The position numbers and the translations under genes are program-made. Positions 1 through 12,994 of a stretch of DNA of 64,000 nucleotides are shown here, piece by piece; the stretch's first letter is position 1, and every line of letters starts with the position of its first letter. The notes under the pieces were generated by a model. It saw only the letters and a program-made list of their open reading frames with translations, searched no databases and was not told where the DNA came from. The DNA comes from Amphiscolops sp. MND2022 (taxonomy: Eukaryota), in NCBI GenBank assembly GCA_964187785.1, contig OZ076409.1:51648001-51712000 (forward strand), written 5' to 3'.

Positions 1-257
1 ACTTATATCTTCTGAATGCTGCTTTTCTTTCACTTTTATTGTTCCATTTGTTAGCCCAGCGTAATCTCTTTCGGAATATAGAGCGTTTCGATTGACAGTC
101 TCTATCGAACCACCCGTTATTAGACGTAAAAGTAGTTTTTCCCTTACTTTCCCTCAAGGCACCTGCTCTACTTGCACTCTCGCATATAAGTTTCCTCATA
201 GTACTGTTGAATTCATTCAGAGTATTCGGGGTATTAACTTCATTATCTACCAATATT

Positions 258-1110
258 TCAAGTGCGGTCAAATTTTTTTGTTAATTTCCTGATAGAACTT
301 TCTTGCGTTTGCTTATTCCATCTCCGCGTCTTCTGGTTCATTTCATAAATCTCTACCGGAACGTATTTTAGATTTTTGAGTTCCATAGCAACGGGGCAGT
401 GAACATCGGACAGACATGGATCGAATTCAAGTACTGATAGCTTACTGACATCGTCGAAACCATCGTAATCAATGACGAAATAGTCTATTACACGTTCCCC
501 ATTATGCGTTATGCAGTTGTGATCGCCTGAGTTCCGAATATTTAGCCTTCCATTTACCAGCACCATTTCTGCGGTTTTACATAGATCGATCAGTAGCCTA
601 CCGTTCGTATTAACTTTTAAATCCCCATTTAATCTTGGTGGCTTTTGTTCATCTTCGTCATAGATATCAATATAATCAATCAAATTGCCGGTGCGGGCAT
701 TGAAATCTCCCATTAAAATCAATTTTTGCCCGGGTTTTTATATTGTAGTATATCCTTTTGTATTTTCTCAAAAGCTGAACTATCCCAGTACCTTGAGTTT
801 TCACAAAGCATATAGTATAAACCAATAGAGTAAGTATTGGCATTTAGTCTCATTTCAAGCCACAAACCTAGAGGGCTTTCTTTGTAATTGTGACATTTTG
901 TTCTGCGGACTAACAAGGCCAGACCTCTATGCCCTTGAGACACAACTTATCCATTCCCGTAGACACTTCGTGTTCTTCGATTTCATTATAGTCGAATGCG
1001 TTGGTGAGTGTTTCAGTCAGGCCTATTACATCAAATTCTTTGACTATTTTTTGAATATCTTTCAAGTTTAGTTCACTTACAATTCCACGAACGTTCAAGA
1101 CAAGTAGTTT
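258..1110 (-). pseudogene. LINE ORF2 apurinic-like endonuclease (APE) domain, frameshifted
   Basis: Motifs LVLNVRGI, DVIGLTET, ILMGDFNARTG, VNTNGRLLIDLC, VIDYF and SDVHCPV are spread over ORFs 910..1908, 719..943 and 258..722. Confidence 0.9.
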
Positions 1111-1149
1111 ATTTTGATTCTCTTGGTTTAAAGTTAACGGCTTTCTTCG

Positions 1150-2287
1150 AACTTCTTCGACAAAGTTTGATTGCAACTTCTTCACTACTTCAATTAACTT
1201 TTCATCATCCCAGCCAAGTTTTGATTGGAGTTCTTCAAGAGAATTTATTGTTCCATGTAATTCCCCTTTCGTGTATTCAAGATGGCATTCATTTGTGAAC
1301 ACTCTGAAACCTTCTTTCATCAGTTGATACAGCGCTGTAGATCTCTCTCGGGTCAATTGTTCTTGCACGTATACGTTGTAATGGTTGTCAGAATGTTTAA
1401 GGTGGTGCTTGGATTTGAGGATATCGTTTTTCACAGTTCGTTTGGTGAATTTAGCAATGATTGGCTCTGATTCACCTCGCTTTCGGTTTCTTGTTTGCAG
1501 CCGGTGACTGATCAACACATCAGTGTATGAAATGTTGACGCACATTGCCCTAGCAGTCTCCACTACTTTCTCAGTCGTGTTTTGCTCTTCAGTCTCGTAC
1601 AGCCCGAAAAATATGAGACAGTCTGGCCTGTTGTACTGTTCGATTGCTTCCAAACGACATACCGTCATAATTTCCAATTTTGCTTGCGTTGATACGTTTT
1701 GCCTTTCTGCCAATGTCTCTGGTGGGGGTGGCATTGATCTGTTGTGCTGCTGAAGCGCTTCTTGTACTTTCTGGTTAACCAATTCAGCGAAATTCTCTTT
1801 AACTGAATTCATGTCCTGTTCCATTATTTGCTTGGTCTCAGTCAAGTCTCCGATACTGTTCTGCATTTCAGCCATGTCCAATGTATTTCGTTCCACAGCG
1901 TTTTTCAAAGTAGCACCTTTTTCGTTTGTGTCCTTCTAAGTTCCTTGTAAATTAACGACAGATTGTGCAATCGAAGTGAGTTCCGATTCAATCCTTCCAT
2001 GTCTTTTTCCAATCACATCTATTTGTTCATTAATTTTCGAGAGGTTCATTGCTATACATTCATTCACTTTTTTGAATTCTTCATTCATATTCGTCGTTAA
2101 TGCTTCATGAATTTTCTCGCTAAGGATGGGGATCAAGGACTCTACGAACTCATTTGTGGTCAAGCTTTCAGCTCCATGTTGGCGTGGCGTTGACATTAGT
2201 GGTGACACTTCTACGCGAGTTGGTGTTTTCGTAGTTTTAGGAGTTGTTTTCCCAGAGTTTTGGCTACTTTGCGATCTTAGCATCATA
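1150..2287 (-). pseudogene. LINE ORF1 (coiled coil plus RRM-like domain) with one premature stop
   Basis: ORFs 1936..2313 and 910..1908 share a frame, separated by a TAG at 1936-1938. EQYNR..CLIFFGL.E, SHRL, PIIAKF and VYVQEQLT are typical LINE ORF1 motifs. Confidence 0.8.
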
Positions 2288-2374
2288 TCCGATATACAGC
2301 TCCCTTCCAGCAAGCCAGCAAGAAATTAATCTCCGAAGGCCCACCAGAAAGGAGATGCTAACCGGTTAACTTAC

Positions 2375-2970
2375 CTATTTGGATCGCTGCTTGGCTCGTC
2401 GTTTCTTCTGCGAGGGAGGCGTCTTCTTCGAACGGGTATTTTTGGTTAGTTCTTCCAGATTTTCAGCGTGATTAAGTACGATATTCAAGGACTTCAGCTC
2501 GAGACGGTGTTCCTGGTGGATTGCAGAGTATTTGGTGTGCAGAATACTGCCGTGTTGCTTTCGTTTTAATATCAGGTTTTTTCTGACACTTATAACCGGA
2601 ATTCCCGTTTTCTTCAGCTCTTTATAGACGTCCTGCGTTTCAAAGCGACGGCAGTAGACGATAGCTTGAATTCGTTCCTGTGTTCTTTGAGAAGTTTTAC
2701 TAGTGTTTCAGGAGATGAGGCAAGTGTATTACTTTTCCAATGAGTCGAAAGTGTGTTGTTTATTAAATCATGCCAAATTACTAAATCACACTTTCTAGCA
2801 AGATTTCCGTTTTTGAGAAGATTTCCAAGGTTCTTTAGAGGGTTTTTATTCAAAGGGTTGAGACTAAGTCCAGGTATCGCTGTAACACAGGTATAATAAA
2901 ACTTTCTAACCTTGTATTGGACCGAGCTCACTGCTTTTTCGAGCGAACTTGCGCCGATTACATGAACCAT
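2375..2970 (-). pseudogene. SGNH/GDSL-hydrolase-like ORF (~200 aa, one frameshift near 2675) immediately upstream of LINE ORF1
   Basis: VHVIGASSL, AIPGLS and DLVIWHDLINN, then after the frameshift IQAIVYC...YSAIHQ, follow the order of SGNH blocks I, II, III and V. Stop TAG at 2375-2377. Confidence 0.5.
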
Positions 2971-3719
2971 GAATCAGGAATACTGATACCGGAGATCCAA
3001 CTGTCCAGGATTCTAAGGGATCTTTTCCACACTTTCTCCGGGGGTGCCGTTGCTGTTCACAATCAATGGGGTGTCCAGTGTTCACCTATTTAATAGTTTA
3101 TCACAACAATTAGGCTGTGAAATAGGAAATAGGCCTCTTTGAAGATCTTATCTGGCCGACTCATTCTAAGCCCTTTGGGTGCAGGGTCACATACCCCAAC
3201 GGTTCTTGTAGATTTAACCCCTCCCTTGACATGAGAGTCCTCACTGTCCAAAAATAGGCTGCCAAGTATGGCAGTGTTGGAAGAGGTAGGTGGATCAGCA
3301 TCAGGAACAGTTGTACGGGGATTCTCAGCCTAGGCTGTAGGACATTAGTTGTGACCTTGGCAGACGTTGGAACGTCGCCTGACTTTGCCAACTCCTCTTG
3401 AGACGAAGTGAGCCCGGTTGGAGAAATTGATCAATCTCTGCTTCAACCTGGGTAACATAATCGTGAGCATATTGGTTCACGTCCACTTCCGAGCTTCCAC
3501 GGCACGGGAATGGAACAATGGTGTCCAGAGCATCAGCCTCGGTAATGACGTCATCAGGGTTATCAGCAGAACTTTCCGTTTTTTTAGTTTCCTCCTTGAA
3601 AAGAATACCTAAACAAAAAAGAATAAGTTTACGCGGAACACTTCCTCAGAAGAAATCCATTTTCCCGCCTTAAGAGCTTCCTTTTAAACGTGTATTTTTG
3701 ATGGAGGAAGTATCTAGTG

Positions 3720-4752
3720 TGGAAAAACCCTGATCAAGTAGTCTCTACACAACAGGAAAAGTCGTTTCTCACATTTGTTGTCCTGTCGTAATTTGAGTTT
3801 GACTTTTTCTTTTGGATTTGTTTTTATCTGTGTCAAAAAACCCGCTGCGGTTTTTTGCACACCAGCTACGTTAAAAATATGGTAATTGAGTAGCAGCACG
3901 TAGTCACACGCCATCTTTGCGTAGGTAGTATTGCTCTCGTTTGGAACAAACGTGTAACTGACCTGGTACTGGTTAAATCGAGTGTCATTAGTGTCGTTCC
4001 CCACAAGACATTGCTGTATTTTATAATAGCGTGGTAGATTGCAAGAATTCTGCGCAATAGAAAGATGTTTTTGACTTCGCTGGGGAAAACACTTCTAATC
4101 GACATGCGACTGGCGCGAAAGTTCTTTTTTGAATTGAGTTTTTTTCTCGTCGTTTTACTTGTTCATTAGCACATATCTCTATGCACGAAAGATGGCTATC
4201 GCCATCAGGACTTATTGAGGTTCTGTGATTGGCTGTTTTAGAGCCAATCCGCACGCTCCGGCTAACGTTGCGTTGATCGCCTTGTAATTGTCTACCAAAT
4301 CTTCAATTATTTGCATCTGTTTGTTTTATTTTGAAAAGCTCCTAAAATCCCAGTTTTTTGGACAGACTAGGATTATAGTTGCGAAAAAAGTTTACAAAAC
4401 AAAAGTTGTTATTATGCCATAACCGTGCATTAGAGCTAGTTCGACTTTTAAGTCTTCCTCCAGAATGATTGGGACGGGCACGCTTTGCATGTAGACTAGG
4501 CTTTCGCCTTTGGGTTAGAGTTTCACTTTGAAGCTGTTGTTAATTCCTGTGTTTGAGCAGCGCCGGGCAAAGATGTCGTTGTACTCAACTATAGTTTGTT
4601 CTAGTTGTCATTTTCCTTTTTTGCATTCTATTAGTGATCCTTCCCCACTTGAACATGTCAAGAAAACTCCTTGATTCTTCAGCTTCCTTTGGGTAAGTTT
4701 TCATCTATTTGTTGGCCTTCTTTTGTTTTCATGACGTACATGTGTGTGTCGA
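3720..4752 (-). pseudogene. Copy A pol fragments (RT N-terminus and RNase H, with internal deletions)
   Basis: LEQTIVEYNDIFAR, KRTFAPVA, FSPA and HIFNVAGVQKTAAGFL align with copy B pol. Confidence 0.85.
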
Positions 4753-4930
4753 ATCGTCTGGGGTTGGCGACAGAAAGTCAGAAACTGATTTAAACGTATT
4801 ACCTACTTGAAATCTTGACGTCCAAAACACTCGAAACTCCGAAGCGTATATCACTTACTTGTGTTCCTGCGAACATTTGATGTCAAATGATCAATTTGGT
4901 AATGACGTTTGTTATTTGTTTCAATGTTCA

Positions 4931-5374
4931 TTGTACTTTGATCCCATCCGAACGAAAACGATGTCGTGACTTGTGTCAAATGCCAGCTATTCTATCTATT
5001 GGTCAAATTGGCGGCCCTATTGCAATTCCATTGATCGATTTACCTCTTGTTGGGAAATTTGGAAAGAAATTCCAAACGGGGGATATGAGAAGTACAAAAC
5101 GTGATAGAAAAGCAAAATTGTGCTGTTTTTGGTATTTGAATATCCTGCGATTGTAAAGCATATTGTTTGTACATCCGCTGAGAAGAGTTAAAATTCGGCT
5201 GATTTTGATATCATATTCGGAACACTAATAAAAAATTTTGGGTGTTGTAGCTACCTCGGTTTCGGTTTAGACAGGATGTGACTGGAAGAGTATCAGTGCA
5301 CTTCTCAACAATCAAAAAAATTTTTTGGCATTTTTAGGCGTAGTGGGTCTGAGATCTAGGAAGGCCTTCTATAA
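4931..5374 (+). repeat. BEL 5' LTR (alignable part)
   Basis: Aligns with 11317-11827 (e.g. TTGTACTTTGA, TTTGGTATTTGAATA, TTTGTACATCCGCT, TAGGCGTAGT...GATCTAGG...TTCTATAA) with many mismatches. Confidence 0.75.
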
Positions 5375-5449
5375 TCGTTCATCGTAGTAGCGAGATTAAA
5401 AGCTCGTTTTAAGACCTATAGAAAAAAATTACAACCCTTTTTGTAGGTT

Positions 5450-8400
5450 TTGATGGAAACAATTGGAGGACGGTCAATCGCAGTTTTTGAGCGTACAATC
5501 TCCGGACAGCAAGGAGCCTGCTCATTGAAAGTTTCCTGCTGAAAGAAAATGGGTTGGAACGTGATACTAAAAGTCAATTTATTGTTTTTCAGAGACGACA
5601 AGAAGTTGAAGGACCTGGAGAAGTCATGTGATCTAGCCAAATGGAAAGCAGACGTTGAGGCCCCAAATGATTGTTTGAAAAACTTGAAAGAAATTGTCTG
5701 AACAAACCCCTTCAACAAGAACACTGACAGGACTCCTGATATCAAACTCATCCTCATGGGCAACTTCTACAGTGAATTCTCTACTGCGAAGCAGATCGAG
5801 AACTTGTTGACATCGATCACATCAATGTCGGAAGCGAAGGTACAGAAAGAACTTTTAGCTCACCAGAACCAATGTCTCTATGAATTGGACAATTCGGTGG
5901 CGCTATGGACGACAAACAACAGAGCCTTTAAATTGATAATGAAAAAGTCAGAGCTCCTTTCAAGAAAATTTTCTGCTGCGGAATATGGGATGCTGGAAGA
6001 CAACCAGCGGGGCATTCTTCAGTCTCAAGTGGAGTTAGAACGAGAGATGAATGAGAGAGAGAGAGAGTGCCAGAGATAAGTCAACTTTTTTAACAGCTTA
6101 CTAGGAGAGTAGAAGAAGATAGGATGCTTCATGAACAGAAGCGATGCCAATCAAACTTCTTTAGCTCATATTGCAACTTGAGAAAAATGATGAGCGTGCG
6201 AAGTAGAAAGATCTACACAACTGGCTGAGCTACTTGAAGGAACGCGAGTAGAAAAGTTCTGGAGATGGACAAAATCAATTGGCTCATCAAAGTGCTGAAA
6301 ATCACTCACTTGTGGCAATGGGGGAAGGTGAAAACGCGTCGAAGACGTGAAGACAACAATTATATTGTCAGATAATGAAGTGGAAAACACTGAGCCCGAT
6401 GCAGGGCAAGAAAATGCTGTCACCATTGGAGGCACTCCAGCAGCGGACCCTCCCGCAGAGGATACCAACTCTAAAGTAGGTTCAGCTGAAGTCAGCGTAG
6501 TATCCCCTCAAAGCGAACTCCTGATCATAGATAAGCCAGAGGACATCATGTGCAGCACTAGAAAAAAGTTGGGATCAATTCGTTTGACTCGATCGTCTCG
6601 GAGACGTGCGGGTCATGAAACACGAGTCTTCGAAGAATAAACGGAGGAAGCTGAGATCAGGAACAAGGAGGTGGAGGTGGACCTTAGACGAATGCAACGC
6701 GAGACTGACCATGATCGATGAGCACCAAAACTAACCTAAAACGCACCAAAGTGCTCGAGCTCAAAAGGAAAAAATAATTGAAGATACTGGAATAAGCATC
6801 GTCAAGATCATGGGTATCGAGTGCGGATCGTTTAGATTTGGGGAAAATGACATCAACTGCAGATTGGCTTGAATTGTCTAGAAATTGTTACAGCTATCAA
6901 ACGGAGGAATAAAAAGAAAGTAAACCGGACTTCAACACCACACGAGAGGATTCGACTCAATTTCCACAGACCAAACGAAACAGGATAAAAAAATTGGAGA
7001 CTGAATGTACAATTTCGTTTGATCCACGAAAAGTATTTGTTCCGCCAACAGCACTGGAGCCAGCATTGACCATACCGCAGAAAACACCGACACAATCATG
7101 GGCATCGCAACCGTGGCGAAGCCATCAAACGATATCATCATCACCGTTAACAACTCCTCCTGCAGTAATGTCACCAATGAAACTACCAAAACTGATTTTC
7201 GACAAAGTCGCAGGAGACCTTATCGAGTGGCCTGACTGGTCTGGACAGTTTCTAGCAGCTGTGGATCAAGCAGGAGTACCGGACAGTCTCATGATGAACT
7301 ACTTGAAAACTCTTGTCACGAAACCATCAATAGACGAAATGTGCTACTCTGGTGGCATTAAGCAAGTGGCTTGGCAAACACTCTAGCAAGATTTCGGTCG
7401 ACCAGAGTTCGTTGTCAACAACGACCCACTCTTACGGATTCATCACATTCCACGATCCACTGGACATCATAAATACTTCGTTGGTGGTTTCTGGATATGT
7501 CAATGTCTTCCTTCAGTGTAGGCATTGAAGTTAAAGTATTTCGTCGTCAGCACTTAACAGTGAAGTTAGGAAAATACCTTTGAAACTGGAAAAGAAATGG
7601 TTCTTTTACCTGCTACGATTTGACTCGACATACAAGAGCGAGAGGGTGTTCAGTGTCTTGTTAAAAAACACTTCTCAGATACAAAAGAACATTCGTTTAC
7701 AGTTCGCAAATGCTAGTGACAAGACGAAAACAACCTCAAACAGAGACAAACCGAAGACAATCAGTTTCGCTGCTACAACGGACATCCCAACGAGAAGCAA
7801 ACCCTTGTCGCTAGCTACTGAAAGATGTGAAACACAAGTTGTGACAATATGAATCTTCCAAAACCATGAAACTTGTTGAATGATACGAAACGGTTAAGTA
7901 ACGCAACTTGTGCTTTCCTTGTCTCAAATCCGTTCATCGATTTTCACAATACAAAAGCAACAGAGTTTGTGGGAGGAATGGGTGCAGTAAACACCAGAAT
8001 CGCCTGTTGCACTGTCAAGAAAACCCAACTAGCTCGAAAACGGAATCAAAAGGAGCGGAAGGAAAGCAAGCGATTCCAATAGCCATCGCAAACTCCTGCA
8101 GTGGGAGTCTGCTGATGGTAGCTTTGAGTTTGTCCAATTGAATCAAATCGTGTGATACGGGTTTTACGCTATCCTTCGTTGACGCAACCCTGGAGAAAAA
8201 CTTCCAGGACACGGTACTGGCTTGACTCTCAACATTGCAGGAGTCAATGGGCGGACACGAAACGAATGCAAAGCGAGAGAGTTGAATTGGAAGTCACAAC
8301 TCCTAGAGCTCTAGAACTGTTTTCTTTTCACGTGCCTCCGAGAAAATTTCTGGGCGACAAGTGCGACCAATATCTCTCTATCAAACAAGGATACATATAT

Positions 8401-11280
8401 CTAGATGTCCTACCCAATGCTGTTTTCTTGAACAAAGTCAAGGCGGTACTTGGACAAGAAAACAAACCTTTGCTCTCCGCAGTGGAATACAAGAAAGGGC
8501 ACAAAAATGAACTGGCGGTCAGAAACAAAGTGGGATTGAAGCTCAATATACCACTTTCGAAACTTGAAGTGGCAAATGTTATGTTGCAACAGCTACGAGT
8601 CATCTGGCATCAATAGATGGTGAGTGAACTCAGCGCAAACCTGAAGTCCTGGTTCAGTATGGAATCATACGCGACGAGAGTGAATGTCAGTGGACAGTCA
8701 AAGGAAGATAAAAGAGCTCTAGCGCAATTTCAACAAACAACTAAATTTGTCGATGGTAGATATGAAGTCGGCCTACCAAGGGCAGAAGACAACCCAGCGA
8801 TCGGAAGCAACTACTTCTCGGCCCATTCACAGTTTTGCATTGTGGAAAAAAGCTTGGAAAAGAATCTATCATTGAAAGCCTGATATCAAGAGAGAAATAA
8901 AGTAGAACTGTAGAACGATAGTGTCAGGAAACTGGATGAAGAACTTAGAGGAACGAACGATGAGACTCAATGGTATGTGCCTCAACATCGAATGATAAAG
9001 TCTCTCAAACAACAGAAAATTCGAAGGATTTGTAATGCTGCAGCGAAATTTCGAGGCACTTCTCTGAACGATTTGCTTCTTTGTGAGGATCATCATCAGA
9101 TTCCAATAGCATCCAATTGCCCTTACGGTTGACATAGAAGCGATGTTCTTGCAAGTGAAAGTGCAAGCACAAGACTGCTAGGAGTAACATTTCTTATGGA
9201 GGAATCACCCGAATGATTCGAGCTCTGTGTATGAGTAGTAAACCTGGCGCATTTTTGGAGCAAAAAGTAGCCCAACGTGTGCTAGTCTTGCGCTGCAGAG
9301 AAATGCGGACAACAACGAAAACGACCACCCGGTAGCAGCAACATTCATCCGAAGGAACTTTTACGTCGACGATTTTGGGAAATCAGCAAAATACCTTTGT
9401 CACAAGTGCCAATTTCACTAAGTGGTATTTGACCTGCACATCTTTTCAAACGCGTCCTTGGTATCAATGCGTTTTTTTGCGTACATGCGAGCTCTGAGTG
9501 CAAACAGAACAGAGGTTTTTTCGTAACTGTAAAGTGCCGAATAGCCCCAATGAAACACCGAATACACAAACTGGAGCTTTAAGCAGCATTGTACTCGGTG
9601 AATTAGTGGATTAGGCATCCATAAGGAACACGACATCCAAATTGATACAGTGACACGTAGGAGGGACTCTGACAGTGTTGTGGGTGGCTTCATGCGGCAA
9701 ATAAGAAACAACATGTGTTGTCGCAGACACAGTTGGAGAAATACTTGATCGATCTCACCCTTGATCAATTACGAGAAAGTCTGCCTGGTTGAATGATGAA
9801 CCTGAGAAGTGGCCAGAACCGCAGCAGTTAGTCGGAAACGAGGACAAACAAGTTTGGACCAGAGACCCTAGGGAACGTATTCTTGATTGGTCTAGGTTCT
9901 GCCAGTTCAGGCGAATACTCATTATGCTTTAGTACTGTTGAAGAATCAAAACAAAACAAAGCGGACCCTTGATGCCGTTGAGCTAAACTCGGCAGAAGTG
10001 ACGGTCCTGCACTTCGAGCAGTGCGAGAACTACACTGCGTTTAATGGGAAGTTCATCAAAACTAGTGGGAAGGCCGCCAAGAAAGACTTGGCTAGATTGT
10101 GTCCATTTCTAGACAAGCAGGTACGATGAGACTGAAGGGATGGCGGAACAAGTCAATGCTTCCTTATGAGATGAAGCACTCAGTTCTCCCCTTCAGCCAA
10201 GCATCCTGCGATTATTCTGTTTTCGATACAAGCTCACGTGGACAATCACAATCAATGGACTGAGCATGTCAGAAACATACTCCATCAACAAAACTGGATA
10301 CCTTGTCTCGGAAACGCTTTGACACGTATCAAGTACAGCTGTTGACGGAAAACTGCTTCGCAACTGTTTCAACCTCGCATGACAGACTTCCCTAGGGAGC
10401 GAGTACAACAGAACCCGGGTCGACTACTTCGGACCAATCAAAATGATATTCTTCACTAGTGTTGTACTCTTCACACAAACACTAGTGTTGTCTCTTAACT
10501 TGCCTAGTCACCAGGGCACTTCATCACGAAGTCGTAAACAGCTTGGACACAGAGGCGTGCATGATGGCAATCACGGGGTTCACGGCAATGAGAGGCAGGC
10601 CATTGCATATATCAGTAATAACGGTACCAACTTTTTTGGAGCTGCACGTGAGTTCAAAGAAAGCTCCAGTGAATGGAATCCGGTTGCTATTTCAGAAAGT
10701 CTTGCAAAACAGCGCGTCGTTTGGCAATTCAATCCCGCGGCGCGACCCATTTGGTGGTATATGAGACCGATTTGTGAGAAGTGGCAAAAGGTCTAGGATT
10801 GTAAAAATATGTCGCTGTTTGGTTCTACAAGTACTCACCACCATGATGTGCCTGGTTGAACAGATGCTAAATTCAAGACCTTTGACGCCAGTAAGTGATG
10901 ATCATGAGTATCTGGAGGCATCAACGCCTAGCCATATTCTACTGGACAGGCCTACAATTTCTGGGCCAATTTTGCTAGATGTAGCAAGATAAGTGAACTG
11001 TCAAAAGCTGTACAGAGTGTCTCAGGTTATGAAATGACATGGTAAAGATGGGCTCGAAATTATCTGCCGAAAAAAACGTGCGACTAAAATGGGAGAGCGA
11101 TGATGGGCGAGCCCCAAGAGTAGGTGACTGGTGTGGGTCATTGATGAGTCAGTCAAGCGGTACAGAATTCAAATGACTAGAGTTTTGGATGTTTTCCCGT
11201 CAAGTGATGGAGTGGTTCGATCAGCAAATATCCAGTCTTCAATTGGGATACTCGTTCCACCCCGATGGCGTCACTAATTG
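5450..11280 (+). pseudogene. BEL/Pao gag-pol, heavily disrupted
   Basis: DUF1759-like KLPKL...WPDWSGQF (~7160), Cys/His knuckles (7908), protease DTG (~8154), RT FGAKSSP and FYVDDF (~9255-9375), RNase H KCRIAPMK, integrase SNNGTNF and LNSRPLT, DUF5641-like tail. Confidence 0.85.
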
Positions 11281-11316
11281 ACGATTGTTTTCAGCGAAAC
11301 TCCTGGGCTGGCGCAA

Positions 11317-11827
11317 TTGTACTTTGATTTCATTCGAATGAAAACAGTGGCGTGACTTGAGTCAAATGTCAGCTATACAACCTATAGTCAAATTGCAAGT
11401 CAAATTGCGGTTTCATAGATTGAATTACCGCATGATGGAAATTTTGCAAAGTTCTTCAGAACTGGAGGTGTGGAAGTCCGAAAACGTGATTGAAAAGCAG
11501 TCTTGTGCTTTTTTGGTATTTGAATACCCTGTGATTGTAAAGGTTTTCGTTTGTACATCCGCTAAGAAAATAACTATGGCTGATTTTTTAAATCAAATTC
11601 AGAACTCTAATGAAACCTTTCTTGAAACTTGACTGACTTTGACAGCTGTTGGGTAGCTACCACGATTCCGATTTACACAAGTTGTAACTGCGAGGGTAGC
11701 ATTACTCTACTCAACAATCAAAAAATAAACGATCAGCTGTCTCAGGTGTCCAAATCAATCATAAATTATCTCCTGAAATAGCATTATTAGGCGTAGTAGG
11801 TCTAAGATCTAGGGAAGCGTTCTATAA
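11317..11827 (+). repeat. BEL 3' LTR (alignable part)
   Basis: Diverged direct repeat of 4931-5374. Confidence 0.75.
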
Positions 11828-11828
11828 T

Positions 11829-12800
11829 GGATCGTACCGTGGGTCAGTTTAGTTTAGTTTCTTCCGGTTTGAGGATTCGGAGCCCCGCTATTTTGGTTTG
11901 GTTCTTTGTGGTGCAATTGAACTCTGTTAAGGTGGCCATTCTGATGTTTGATCGTTTGTTATGTGCTGTTTCTCATGAGGGTGCGACGATGATATTCGCA
12001 GTTCCAACGAATTGGGGCAGTGATTGTACTGCTCATGTGATGTCATTGGTGCTGGTTGTGATGACTATTGCTGATACCGTTGTAGTTTGCTGCGGAGGTA
12101 TTGTTTCGTTTCCTTCAGCTCATGTTTGGACCCGTTTTGGGTTGCAGGTTTTCATCTCGTCAGTCATTGCTATCGTTATGACGACATGCGGGAAATTGTT
12201 TGTGTTGCTCCATTGCTTGTGTCTGGCACGGCTTGGAGGTTTCTCATGATTTTCGGTTCTATTGATTGGACGAATATTTTGGATAGAAGTCTGTGAATGT
12301 GTAGGACCCAATGTAGAACTGCATATCTGCAGTGGCAACGGATTGTTCTAAGTGGGAGTTAGCGCACTCAATTTTGAATGGCGGATGCGGATATTTTTTG
12401 ATGACGTAACTGTCACTATTGACTTTCAGCATTGTGTAGTCTGACAAAGACATGGCGTTGTTGGTTGCTCTCGAGTCTGCTTACCCGTTCATTGTTGTTT
12501 CTCAAAACTCGAGTAGATAGAGCATTCTTCATCGTTTTTCCAACGGAAATGTCGGGTGAAGTGGTTGAAAGCTGTCTCCCTTTTCCTTCTATGTGTTCCT
12601 TATTAGAATTAGGGGACGTTGGAAAATCGTTCGGGATGATTGTTTTTGTGTCGTTGATGGAGGTTCGACTTCCTTGGACGTTTGTTGTGTGGTTTGCTCC
12701 TGGGAAACGTTTTCTTTCTGAGGTCTTGGGAAAGAGTCAGAGTGGACTTTGAAGGTGAGGATGAACTGGTCATACATGTCTCGCCTGTCCCAAGGGTCGC
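11829..12800 (-). pseudogene. Copy A protease-region fragment
   Basis: YPHPPFKIECANSHLEQSVATADMQFYIGSYTFTD and AMTDEMKTCNPK match copy B ORF 29833..31074. Confidence 0.85.
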
Positions 12801-12994
12801 ATCTGTAGTCTTACAGTTTTAAAAGATGAGTTCCTGGTTTGAGTCTAGTAGTGGTCTTTTGGTAGTGATTCACTGGTCTTCAGGTTCAGCAATCCGAAGT
12901 GATTTTCCTGCTCTTTATGTTTGGATTTCTATATTGACGCGACTCTTCGTCGTCGCCTCTAGGCTTCCGCTGGGATTCCGTTACAGGATGTAGT

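Larger units (their letters stand above)
1..2340 (-). mobile_element. Degenerate non-LTR retrotransposon (LINE), 5' portion: ORF1 plus APE endonuclease; continues off the left edge
   Basis: Minus-strand ORF1-like coiled-coil/RRM segment followed by APE motifs; stops and frameshifts present. Boundaries approximate. Confidence 0.85.
4760..11827 (+). mobile_element. Old BEL/Pao LTR retrotransposon inserted into copy A pol
   Basis: Diverged direct repeats at both ends and BEL-order internal domains. The flanks rejoin copy A pol near the ...DP/DTHMYV segment. TSD not resolved. Confidence 0.85.

Noticed and set aside
9418..9768. Minus-strand ORF suggesting an inversion inside the BEL element
   Set aside because: The plus strand carries the decayed RNase H motifs (KCRIAPMK...KLEL, WLHAANKKQHV), so there is no inversion.
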